Below are positions 27,164 to 40,296 of a stretch of 64,000 bases of DNA, piece by piece. The notes below the pieces were generated by a model that was given only the letters and a program-made list of their open reading frames with translations, was not told the origin of the DNA and did not search any database. The DNA lies in assembly GCA_977030845.1 (NCBI GenBank), contig OZ365113.1, positions 19,034,001 through 19,098,000 of the forward strand, read 5' to 3'. This stretch comes from Fimbriosthenelais zetlandica (taxonomy: Eukaryota). A program made the position numbers and the translations under genes. How positions within the stretch are numbered: the stretch's first letter is position 1; each line of letters begins with the position of its first letter.

Positions 27164-30100
27164 TTTATAGGACACTTAGTAAGTAATCGTTTATTACCTG
27201 GCTTTTCAACTATATAACTTTCTAAAGAAAAACAAGTAGCCAGTTGTGTGTTTATCCCGTGTTAACTTGTTGTTTGCTTAATGAACTTATTGAGCGAGAG
27301 AGAGCAAACAGGAAAAACAATTCAAAAGTTGTCTGTACTTCTGTGATCATTAGAAGGATATTCTAGCGTTTAGAAGTCTCAGAGATCAACAGAACGTAAG
27401 TCAGAAAGCTGGTGCTAACAAAGGAATTGACGACCACGCAGTTGTTAAGAACAGTTATCAACGTCCGTGGTACTAGGCCTATTTTTCTTTTTTGCTCCCA
27501 ATTAAATGGACAACTGGAAGTGGCCGGTCAATATCAATTATATCATCATTCGTATTAATTATGTGAAGCTTGTACTGACATCTTATTAGCCTTTGCTTAT
27601 TTTATATTAATAATGTCTTACTGGCAAAGGCTCACCTTACACCTTGATACTAATCAAGTGTGCCATAGATGTAATGAGCTGGGTTCACCTGAGCTCACCT
27701 GGAGGTGTTATTAAATACTCTATTATCCCATCTACGGCTGAACCCTATTATATAACAGTACAAGGCACCTGTTATTCATCCTGCCTACTCCACCTTCTCC
27801 ACACAAGACATAACCTCCATGCAGTTTGTCTGACCATTGTCAGTTCTTAAAGATCACATAGACCTTTTTATTAGAAGGTACAGTAGCTTTGCACTGGTAG
27901 TCGCAATTGTCCTAATCAAGACTGAAATTTGTGTCATTGGTTCTTATAGTGGAAGGCAAAGAACTTTGAGTTGCCATATTCCAGGCAATCCTACCAGTAC
28001 TAAAGATGCCATCAAAGTTCAGACGGGATTATAGTAGTACAACTATAAAAATTTGATACGGTTGTACAAGTAGAGTTAGTTAAACTCTGATACGACCAGC
28101 TCATAGCTTCGAAATAGGAAATAAACTTGATAGACTGATTGATACTATCAAGAGACACAATAGAAGGCTTAAGTATAATAACATATTGATTTGTCTGCTC
28201 CGTAGATCTATACTGACATATTACATTGTCCTTGAACATACTGTGACACTGGAAATTGTTCCAAAATGTCATTTATATGAGAAAAAACTTACCTACCACT
28301 CTTCTTGCAATCATGACAATCTTCACTTCAAGGCAAGAGAAAGGAAGGATCTTCTATCAATGAGAAACAGTTGTCAAAGGCAAAAAACTGGTGAAGAGAA
28401 GATGGAAGAGTGAGAGATAATATTCATTACTCGAGGCTACATTTACAAGAGGGGGAAATTGAAGCTTACCCAAGTGTTAACATTACATGACGGGTTGCTT
28501 GTATATGGGCCTGACGGACAGCAGTATATATGTGCTCAACAGTGTCTGTCATGTTTGGCCTCAAAGTGCCAAATAGGCGCAAGTACATAGACTTTCGTCC
28601 GTGGAGGTACGGCCGTTGCCTAACAGGTAATCCATTTCTGTTATATTAGCGTAATAGTACTGTACTACATATCGCTGTCTGTCTTGTCTGATCCATTGCC
28701 ATTATTTCTGTGGATGTTAGCTGGCGTCTGTTTCATAAAGTTACGCACTCAGTTTGTTGGGTATAATCTAGTAGTATATATATACGGGCTGCTTGGGCAA
28801 AAGTGCGATAACTTAATTGAATAAACTGCACAGATAGAACACCAACATGGACGGCCGTAAAATCGCTTGAAAATTTGGTGAAAGTTCTCTCTTGAAATCA
28901 AGAGTACATTTGATGCTGTAGCAATTGACGCATAGAACTTGTCAATTGAGGGAAGAGGACCTGCGAGAAATGATATGGCCTCTCTACTTTCCTACGCTTT
29001 GTGTTAGACATATCAGTTACTATGATTCACAGCTGGCTATTTGCAAATAGCTTCCTTTTCTTAGACACTTATTATATAGATTCTTTGACACTTATAATAT
29101 AGATATCATATAGGGAATTCCCATCAATAGATGAACGATCAGGCCCAATATTCCATATATACATTTTTGACCACGATAATTAACGCTATGTCAATCCATT
29201 CCATAGTAATCCTTTGCTCTTCATTGAACTGTAGCTTTATTCTATAGTGTTCTATAATATATTGTAATATGAAGGCATCAATTTTCATTTTAAAGAAATT
29301 GAGGCTGATTTGTTAGCTGAACCATGCATTATTTGATTTCCATGAAACTGAACTTTGGTTGCTGAGAGGATGATGGTGCATACTATGCAACTCGTCATCA
29401 AAAAGTACAATGGGCCTGTCTACATGATATACAATCTCTATATCATAATTATTCCGCCTATAATGAAAACGCATATCTGATAGAAAAGGAATATCTCTGG
29501 GTACATGCATCCTGGCCCTTGAGTCTCTGTTTATGCGCGTATTACTAAAAACATATATATTATCATTATTATGGGTGAAATGCTTATTGTGATATTTAGT
29601 AAAGTATGAGCTAAACTGTTCCTTTTTGTGGAGGATTGAAGGCGCACCGCGCCCTTCAAAGTTGAGTCAAATCTGCACCCTATTATTCCATTTCAGTTCC
29701 CCATCACTCAGATAATGAGGACTCTTAGGACATTTAAAAAAGTGAATAAGTCCAAACGCTAACGTTTTTTCTGCCAACTTTAGCCCACATGTTTCAGTTT
29801 ATGAAAATCCCCATCTTATGCTAAGTATTATAGTTTTTGTGGAGTGAAAAAAGTTGGGCTGAAATTCGTCGTGACATCACGACCTAGAATCCAGTAAGTA
29901 TAGGTAGTTGAAAAATGGCTGGGTTTGAAATTTCAAGCAGACAGATAGACCTATAAATCATGCTGTACTAAGTTGAGTGTTGGATGGTGCCACGAGCCTT
30001 GATCGCTCCCAGAGCGTTCACAGGTGGCCATCCACCTATCCCCGCTCTCCCACAAACCCAGCGCAAGCCAGTTCCACATTTTGCCTTGAGGGGGCGTGTG

Positions 30101-32949
30101 GGTGCTGGAAAGTCCTCACTGAGAAGAAGGATTAGGAAATAGTTTCCAAAATGATACCAGTACGTTTGCTGGGTATCCTTCCAGTTGTGAAACTGCTCCG
30201 AGTTAAGAAAATGTATTATCATAGCAGGTGAAGCTTTCATTTTCCCTTCGGGCTGTTTTCCCGAAAATTCCTACCCAGGAATTCATTGGAAGAAGTAATC
30301 TGGAAACACAATGCAGAAATACATTTATCTTGTTATATAAGTATGGGGGGTCCCCCTGCTGCCTTCTATAGATATAACTTACTGGGTTTTTTTCTTGTTA
30401 AAAGGGATTTCCCTTCGGTCTTTATTAATAAACATCTGTCCATCCTACTGCACCGTGTCCGCAATCAATGTCAACATGTTATTGGTTATGATATAACCAT
30501 GACAGGATTATTCCATTAAATGAAAAGAAACGAATGTTTAATGAAGTTAACGTGACACAAGTGGGACTTGAAGCTCACACATTAAAAGGTTTATTGAAGC
30601 AATAGCTTTAAATGCCCTTGAATAACAAAAAGTTAAAGGTGGGCTTGGAAAATAATATAGTTACTGAAGTTTTTGTGACGATTACTTCACACAATTCTCC
30701 TCGCCCTTTTTGCGAAACTTTGGTCTTTTTTAAATTCTGTTATTATATCAGTTGGAAATCTATTCTCCCCACATGGCCATTTTGCAGTCTCCCCAAAGAT
30801 TAGCTGCCACCAATAGTTGTAAAATTATAACATTCTAAGCATTGATTTCTCTCCTAACACTTTTGCCAATCCACTTTAAACTTTTCCTATTGAAAATGGA
30901 CACTTTTTCACTAGGTTTTTTATCAGCTCCACCAATGACAACTTCGCACTTGCCTTTGCCTGATTATCGCTCAGCCATCACCTATGTATTCTTGTGTACT
31001 TTTGGCAGTGCCATGATTTCCTCTCTGACTTGTAATCAGAAGCTTTTCGTTCTTTCCCTGCGTTCTATAGAGTCCCATTTGTATCGATCAGATCGACGAT
31101 CCCCGACTATTTACTCCATTATAAGCCTCCACATTCAAGCCACTGCCTTTTGAATCGAAGTGTCGCAAAACGGCTACCAAAATTCGCTTCTGTGTAATCG
31201 TGTGGCCCAATCGCCGGGGGCCAACTCTGGTCCTGGTGAGGCCTCCATCTCACTTTTCTGGGCATGTGAAACGGGAAACTTCCGTGCCAACCAGCTGACA
31301 GCTCCCCCTATGCCCTCATGGAGACCAAAAAAAGAACCTCCGTGAAAAACGTTGGTTCTCACAGGTCAACTTTAGGCGACGGCCGTAGTCAAATCGCGCG
31401 GTATTCAGACGCGAGTCATTCACAACCGTGTATGACACGACTTATGCATTATTGAGAAACGGTCCATGTGGTCATAATTTAATTTGAAATGGAGATTTGA
31501 TGACTACTATTGAATGTCTAATGTCGCTTGTTACGCGATTGCATGTTTTGAAATTGGCCCCACCAATGCCTTTGGCAGTGGTTCTATTGTGCGCGACATG
31601 AGCGGTCCAACAACATCCAGCGGTGAGGGTATATAGCCAGGCGCACCTAGTCAACCCTGGCGACGAGAAAGTTAACTATTTCCACTCTTATCATCTGAGT
31701 AGTGATCATTAAAGCGGTGCGTTACGTCAAATATTGAGTCGCTGATTCTGAACCCAGCCACGGGCATGCAATTATAGTACTTTAGCATGAGAATTCTGCA
31801 CCCACCGAACCCAGGCCATTATTCGGAAAATCCTAAAGCCACAAAACTCATCTTTCAAAAAACATTGACGTTTTACCCCAAGGCACAAGTGGTTTATGAT
31901 AAACGCTTTTGAAACTTTACAAAACGGCATGGGGGATTTTTTCCTTTCATTCAATACCAGTTTTGAGAGAGTTGGTGGGGGATATTGTGGTGAGGTTTAG
32001 GTTATGAACGAGTCTCGCAATTCCCTAAAAGGCTATGGTAATTTGAATGGTCGCTCTCCACTAATATTGAGATGGGGGAGGTTGAGCTATTTTCTGCCAT
32101 GACAAAAACTTGTTAGCTGTCGTTTTGTGGAGATCATGAAACAGTCATTGGGTTCATTTATTTGTCTCTGTACGCTAGTGGTATTTACTGGGATTATCAT
32201 TGTCGTGCATGACGCATTGGCAGCTGTTGCTGTTTAAAATAGGCAAATATTGGAGACAAAATTCAGACATGAAACCTGACGCTCAATAAAATGGAAACAT
32301 TTTTTAGGGAATGACATTTACTTCACAATTTTTTACTCCAATTTATGGCTTCCCTTCTTGCAAATCAAGTCTAATTGCTGTAAAAATAAATGGTTCCATT
32401 TGCTAAGTGGTGTGCCACAAACAAATCATGTTTGCCACTGCCTGTGGTTACTGATGAATAGAGCAGACCCTGGTGCCGACAGCGTGTTTCCTCGTCGTCG
32501 GTGTATGAGCCTGACTGTTGCTGTGACTTTAACATCCGCTCAACCACCTATACATGTGGACCATAGTCCTGAAAAGAATGAAGCATTTTTACACAGATTA
32601 ATACAAAAGTTAATCAGGGCACGAGGTTCTGATGAAACACATGCACAGAGCAGCTCACCTTATTCTGAGGCCATGGAAATTTCATCCCAGAATAATTACA
32701 AAAACATTCAATGTGATATTGAAGGTTCCACTCTGATACTCATGTTGACTTGCAGAGATAATGATAGACTTTATAACTCTTCCGGGAAGAAGTTTCCACC
32801 AAGCAGTTCACCTCAGCTAACGTTACTGGAATGAGGCCATGGTTCACCTGTGTGATCTCTATGGTAACCTATAGCCACCGCTTACAGGAGGAAATCTAAT
32901 TGAACCTCATCAGTTGACTAATGTGGCCGCCGTGTATATAGACAATATA

Positions 32950-33170
32950 GAGGTGAGGTATGAGGTAAGTGTTACCTCGCGCCGCCGCTAGGAGTGTGTG
33001 CGGTGTATGGGTGGGTGACCTTACATCGTCAGGGCGTCCGTCTGCGCGTGATGCACGTGTCGCACGCTGGCCGCCACGCGTACAAACGTTCGGGGGGCAA
33101 GAGGCGGCACGTGAGCCATCATAGATCATCGAGACAGACAGATAAACCACACCCCGGAAGTGGGGGCTCG
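32950..33170. promoter_or_regulatory. CpG island-like promoter module (2x CACGTG, KLF site, ETS) with splice-donor-like motifs at its left edge
   Basis: CACGTG 33054 and 33108, CCACACCC 33147, CCGGAAGT 33154; donor-like motifs at 32953-32975. Confidence 0.4.
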
Positions 33171-35958
33171 AGTTAGGGTGGTGTACTATGATTATGGTTG
33201 CCCAACTTATGGGGAGGTGGTGAGCGAGAAGGGAAGAGCTACCAGCTACCATGGTAGACTGCTGAGCTGCTCCCCGAACTGCTCACTGGGCTGCCGCATG
33301 GAGAGATTATTTATATTTGCGTAACTTTCTAACTTCTCGACACTGACACATTTGAAATAGAAAATTTCAGTGAAATGGCATTTTATCAAATGAAGAAACC
33401 CTTTTCTTCACAACTCCTACAATATTAAGTTTATGAAGACATAATTTTGGAATAGGAGTAAAAGGTTGACGGTATAGGATAATATTATTATATGTAAGAC
33501 AAACTGTTAATGCATGCAAGGAAGAAGCCAATTATAATACTCTTGTTGCATGTCATATAATTATTGGCTTTCTCGGAGGAAAACGGGTTAGAGTTTCTCA
33601 TTGTCCCTTGATGTATATCATCTTTCTCTTGCCTCACATCACCATTAAAGCATCCTAATACAGGTATATTTATCTCTCCTCAAGCCATAAAAAGCGGCAG
33701 TGAGATATTTAGGGCCATGTTCCGCCAGAAGGCGTCATTGAGATTATAAGAGTGACCACCTGAATTTTGTTCAAGATCGGTTTTCAATTAATTTTGAGAT
33801 CAAACTGGCTAAGAGTTAATTTCTGTTTTGTGAAGATTTCATTTTTCCTCAGTTTCCATAGTCTGAAACCTGAAGGCACATGATGGCGGTAGTAATAAGA
33901 CAGGTGGCCGTGCAGCATGCTGGGTAGAAGAAATCATGTTAATGGTGGCAAGAAGCCAGATAATTCTGCTAACACTCCTTAATTCACACATCTCAACCTC
34001 CCTCATCAACACCACCATTACAATCCAGTTTACCATTTAGGACAATCTACCTCTGACCGCCCCCCAGTGCACCGACCTATACCTGTTCTCAAGGTCTGGA
34101 TGATATTTAATTCGAAAACAAATTATATATACACCATGCACCTCCTCTTATCCATCAATAAAATGAAGCAATACTGTAACTATATAGGATAGAGGGTTGC
34201 ACAAGAGCTGTTCTAAGGCCTTTCAATATCAATTGTATGATATTGTGAACTGCTTTAACTTTTGAGAAAGGACTATGTATAATATGTACACGTATTATAC
34301 CTTAGAAAGAGCCATGATATTCTCATTAGTTGAAATTATGGAGAGGTCAGTGCCGTTGCATGGAGTATTTTGACCCTTAGTTGGGTATCTCGGCTCTGTG
34401 GTCTTACTTTTCTGCCTTGTTGAATCTCGGGTATTCATCTTTATAAATAGCCTCGCTCCATATGTCTCTTTGAAGAGGAACTTGGTCAGATTTAAGTATA
34501 GGTAAAGTGTATCCAAATTATATTCAGTTATATTTGATTATTGATTTATGTTGCAAGTCTTCCGTATGTCACTTCAGTGAATTTTTAATGTAGTGAATAT
34601 TAACAGTATTATGGGGTAATGAGTCAAAAATCAGTGTTGCTAGTGAGGAAAAGTGTGGTCCAAGGAAGCATGTGTATTCTTGCCATAGCAACACAACATG
34701 TGACCCTTTGACCTTGGGTAGTGGACATAGCAGGGAAGGCAATCTTGAGCAGACTCCAGGACGAGATAAGTTCAAGCCACCATCCCGCTGCTCCCACTGA
34801 AAGGTACATAAATCATATAGCCTCTCTTCCTGCTCATCTACACCAGCTATGTTTTAAATCATGCATTGGGATCGTTATTGGCGAGGGCAGTGTGATGGTG
34901 TGCTCTTGACGAGTGAAATAGGGATGAGGGCTTGATGTTCAACTGAATCAGTGTTGAAATACATTTTAATTATTGAACTTTAGTCTCCAGTATTAAAAAT
35001 AAAAGCTGTAGTCATTTTGCCAGAGCCTGGGGGAGATTCCTGACATGCAGAATTGATAAAGATCATAAAGAAGTATTGGGCTATTACTCACAATTATGGA
35101 GGACTTTCAAATATTTTTTCAACAAAGTCTTGCTTAATTCGACACTTTTGCACAGGATTTGCATAGGAGCAATCCATTTCCTGCAAATGCTATGGAAATT
35201 GGAATAACATATAAATTTGCTTTCATATGTATTTTCCTATCGGCAACAAAGAGTAGGGTAATCTCTTCAGACGTACTAGTCTGGCCATGGCTTAATGATT
35301 ACAATGACAGTAGTAGGGTGGATCTATGAATTGATATGGATTACCTACAGGGATTATCCATGCTCCAACAAGCCCATTCTACTCAGAGGCTGACCCCTTG
35401 ATAACCTTACTATATACAAGTCTACTCTGTAGTTAATGGTCAAGACTGACCATTAATCCATGGTTTATACCACATGAACGCAGTCACCACAAGGTCATGT
35501 TTATTTCCTTATTTTAACTTATTTCAAGACTGCTTTATAATTCAATGTTACTGGGTTTACAATGAATATGTGTACATGAGAACATGGCTGGAGCTTGGGT
35601 TGAAACTCTGTGTAGAGGTCATGACCTCTGTGAGCTGCTCAAGAGTAGCTGCTTCACTCACGCCTTAGTCATTCAGACTGACCAGTCAGTGGTCAAGCAG
35701 CGGCAGGCATAAGATGACCTATACTTCGCAGTTGCCTAGCCCTAACAGGGAAGACTTCACAAACTGCTGACAAACAAGGGGGAATGAAGTGCTCAGATTC
35801 AGTCAGCAACCGTGGGTTATAAATAAGAATGCTATGAAAGGAGTTCCATAATAGTGGCGATTCCCTCATGAATGAATATTCTTTATTTCCTGCCCTCACT
35901 CATATCACCTTTACTCATTCTTGAGTGGGATATCATATATGCCTGGCGAGTGGGGACC

Positions 35959-35992
35959 AAGCTAGTGTGAAGAACAAGCGAGTGTGAAGAAG
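35959..35992. repeat. 17-bp tandem duplication
   Basis: aagctagtgtgaagaac / aagcgagtgtgaagaag, 15/17 identical. Confidence 0.8.
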
Positions 35993-38900
35993 CCTATAAT
36001 CCACTGGGCACACCTTGACCCAAGTTTCAACCCGAGGAAAGCCCAGAGCGCTCTCCGTGATCGGGTTGCCTTTTATGGCCAGTCGGATGCTTACAAAAGA
36101 TACTTAAACATCCCTTAGTACCATACCTTAGCCATCCCTTTCCAATCTAATCCATTGAGATTTGTAAAGGTCCATTTCACCCACTTGATATATTTTCTTC
36201 ATATTGACCCAAGTTGATTTGGGTTTGTGGTTTAGCATCCTGGGTTTCGCTTCTTGCTTGCCATAGTGATCAGATGACCGCTCGCTGACCACTCGTCATT
36301 TGGCTTCTGAGCAGCCACCAGTCAGCCTTCACATCCCACCGCTGGGAATTTAAGCCTTAACCACGTAGTTCACCATTAAAATTAAATCCTAATAATTAGT
36401 CACAATTTGCTTGAAAATACAGGTGTATTATGAAATTATCTTTTCTATGTCGTTTTAAATAAGGAGGGATTGTTGAGATAGATGATACGATGATTTGTTT
36501 TATTTAGGGAATCATATAAGATGTTATCGAGGAAAGAGTTTAGAATGGTTGATGCCCACTTTAAATCTTGTACTGCCTGATGGGTCTGAATTGCTCGGAG
36601 CCACTCCCTGGCTAGAGGATAGGGCGGTATACAGTAACAGACCTAGTAGTAACAGATCGTGGGTTTACACCTTCCATTTACACATCTCTGTCCTGTGGAA
36701 CTTTTGGGTAGTGGAAAGCTTTTTCTTGACAGTGCCCCACCACCTCTTGGTTGTACTATCATGAGCTGCTTAGCTTTGTGAATAGTAAAGGTCTGTAGTA
36801 CTAAAACTGACCCTTGCTTCTAACTGGAACACTCGAGTACCACCACCACCACCAACTCCTCCAGCTCGTGGTATGTGTGTAAGGTGGGTGAGTGAGAGGT
36901 GTGTAAGTGGTGGGTGAGTCAAGTGTGTGAGTTGTACGTGTGTGTAGAGGCCAATATGTCAGCCTTGATCCAACAGTGAAGCTGACCTAAGCACAGATCC
37001 AAAAGTCAACGTTTAGTGGGGAGGATAGTACAGAGAGTCCCCAATATTCAGGTGTATCCACTCTCACCTATACACCCCCTCACCTTGGTGCATGGAGTTC
37101 AGCCTCTCACAGAGCAATGCATGGGGGCAGGCACAGGGAGTTTTTGTTACGTGGGATTGACCCAAAGGATTTCATAACTATTTGAAAAGTACTGCCAGGC
37201 ACTTGGTTCATGTAGCATTGAGTGAATGCAATACCATTGGTTCCTTCCATTTAACTATTCTCAGGTCTCAATTGTGTTCACTGGTTTGGAGAAAAGTGTG
37301 TGTGAAAAGTAGTCCCCGGTCTGCGAAGGCAAAAGGAACATTTTAACCCATTTTAAAGCTGACGTTCATTTAAAGCAGTGGACAGTTTGAATTTGCAAGC
37401 AGACGATTATTGAAAAGGCAGGCAGTGAGTGAATCGATAACGCGTGTGGTGTGTTTAGCCCATGCAGTCTCGTAGCTCGACGACATGGAATTTTCAACCA
37501 TATGATGGCCGTGATCAGCTGTTGAGGAGAGGCTGGAGGTGTGGACGGGGCCTTCACTCACTCTCTGTAATGTGTGTATGTAACCCCTGCCTGGGTTAGA
37601 ACCCGAGGGTCCAATGTGTTAGCCCTCACCCCAATACTTACTGACATGAGCGGGTTGTATTGGGTATTGGCTATCGTTAAGAGGCAAGCAACCGAGCACT
37701 GCAAATGAAACATTGATACCAGAGTACTATGTACTACAAGAGGTGGAAGCAGTGGAAGAAGGCGGCATATTTACATTGAAGTATAGTGGTGTGGTTGGCC
37801 AGGCTAGAGTCCCGGTGGAGAAATACAGGCAGATTTACTGCCCTGGAAACGAGTAGGATCTACGTAAGGAATGCTCGAGGTAAGGGTAATAAATTAGTTT
37901 CCCCCTAACTCTATGACATTGATTAAAGGTGTACCGATATTTCCTTCAATATCTATAGCTTCTCCTATTATAGCCAGTATGTGGAGATTCAAATGAAGGC
38001 AAATATAAATGTCAGATCTATAGAGATTATATCATTAGCCTGGGGTGAAGGGGTCACTCCAAGAATGGTGGTTAAATTATACGTTTATTGTGCATGGTTT
38101 CAGTATATATATTTTAGTCTTTGTCATTGAGCCAGTATTTTGGCCAGGAGCACCTGGTCTTTTGACATAGGCTAACCGTAAGTAAGAACATGAAGGATAT
38201 TATATGGTTGAGTGCAGTGTATAAATGATTGGAATAATCTCAACATCTCTCTGATCATACCTTGGATAACTAGAGAGTGCTTCATCATTGTTTGCAAACC
38301 CAGCTGTTGATCTTAATGTCTTAAACTGAAGTAGGGAGCTTGGAGTGGGGACTGAGAGTGTCCCAGGCCTGATAACCAGGTACAAGGGTATGAAATGCCA
38401 CTTCCTGTAAATGTACCCAAATCATATCTGAGGAATCTGGAATGTTTGATGATCAAGTATATGGGAAAGGGAATTCCTCGAAATGGGTCTCTTTTATTTG
38501 ACAACCATTTCTGGAGTCTCGACTGACTTGGCCATCAAGCAGATAAAAGAGCTAGACTGACAGAAAGACATAGAGTGCACGTGTGACAGACTGAATAATA
38601 GGAATCTAATTGACGTTAATTAAATGTGTCATGGATAGTTAATTTTCCATCTAGTTTGTCGCAATATAATCATAAATGTTTTATAACATCGATTATGAGA
38701 CTTTTCCGGATTATGACTGGGTGGGGCGCTGATCAGCTGCGAGATATAATTAACTTTTATCTCGAGGAAACCCAAGTTTCTTGTGTTACATATATATCGG
38801 CAATATTAAAATATTTACTGTCTTGTTATCTGTGTTGTACTGGCGATAAAAACCATTGATTAGGTGCAAAATATTGATTGATTGCCGAGATAAATTTTTT

Positions 38901-39940
38901 GACCTAAATTAATATTCTAGTGTTCACATGACCGAGATTTATATTTGAAATGTAAGTGCTTCCACTATTAGCAACATACGTTGTGTATGTAGTTATTGAA
39001 TGAAAAGAGTGACTATACTACGTAGTCTATACCAAAATGGAAACAGTTTTTTGACATTACAAATATACCTAGATTTCATATTGCGTTCAGCCTTTTATAG
39101 TTTACTTCATTGAAATGATATAATCCAACTGCGGTATTTCTATTTTTAATTTGGATGGTTTATAAAACACTGTCAATGGTTAAGAAATAAATTATCTACA
39201 AATTCCTGACCAATTATACATATGCTATAGAAATTCTTCCAAAATAACAAGGCATTAAATTTTGGCATTAATGTCTATACTATTGTACTGGGAATTCTAG
39301 CTATGGTCGTTGAGATCCTTTACTCGAGACTGATGGACTTTGATTACTTGGCATGGCCTGTGTTACGGTATAGAATTGTATTGTGAATGGATTGTATTTA
39401 GTATTCATAGTTTTACTCCAGGCCCCATGTTTTCTTGCTTTTCTCACTCACACATTAAGCCAAACACAGTGCGTTCTTACCTGTTCATGAATGCCGTACA
39501 GTCAATCACTCTATACTGGCATTGAACATATAATTTCCAGACGTCATTTATTCTACCTTCAATAAGACCCTTGATGAGAGGTTCTTGTAACCGTTGTAAA
39601 GACAATATTTAGGCAGGTGTGACATATTGTATTAATAACCATGAATATCGTATTCGGCAACTTGTGAATGTCATAATCATATCAATTAAATAAATATTAT
39701 AATTTAGGATTAGGTATATATATTCTCTCTTGTAATTATGTATACATTATATATTATATATATGGGCATCCTTAGTTTGTAAATTAGTCTTCATTTGAGT
39801 ATGATGATTTACATGTAATGTTATGGAGATGTCACGTCAATCTCAAATTCCAAGCACTGTAATAAATGATGGGGAGATGGCCAAACACATGGTCCTAAAT
39901 GTGGATGAGTATAGTAAAGGAATGATCGTGGTGCATGGGT

Positions 39941-40296
39941 TGTATTCCATGAGATTATTACATACTATCACCCATATTATGGCCATAATAGCACCATAGA
40001 ACATTTAATTTATATATGGGAATAATTTGTTTAGATTTTCTCTACATAATTGGACAAAAAATTACCAAATTATTGTAGGTCCCATCTAAATGTAAAAAAA
40101 TACTTTCTATCAGCCAATCAGCAAGCTCGTTGCAAAAAAATACGGATAAACTCGTAGATCCGTCAAAGCAGAACAGCAAGGCGGAAATCACCGAGTTCCA
40201 GTTAATACAAGCTAGTGTTGTGGTATAACACGTATATAAGTTTGTATTCCATGAGATTATTACTATGACCCATATTATGGCTATTATAGCACCATA
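39941..40296. repeat. ~55-bp direct repeat pair (39941-39998 and 40243-40296) separated by 244 unrelated bp
   Basis: tgtattccatgagattatta(cata)ctatcacccatattatggccataatagcaccata vs tgtattccatgagattattactatgacccatattatggctattatagcaccata: one 4-nt indel and 3 substitutions. Confidence 0.9.

Noticed and set aside
32358-32834. 158-aa ORF, and the other 60-136 aa ORFs in the track
   Set aside because: No domain motifs, no convincing splice boundaries, many non-ATG starts; consistent with chance ORFs.
33525-33575. Hairpin aagccaat…attggctt as a possible pre-miRNA
   Set aside because: Only about 8+4 bp pair, too short. No conserved bilaterian miRNA sequence was recognised anywhere in the window.
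37593-37604. GGGTTCTAACCC (T-arm-like) on the - strand
   Set aside because: Only a short palindrome; the tRNA/SINE head cannot be reconstructed.
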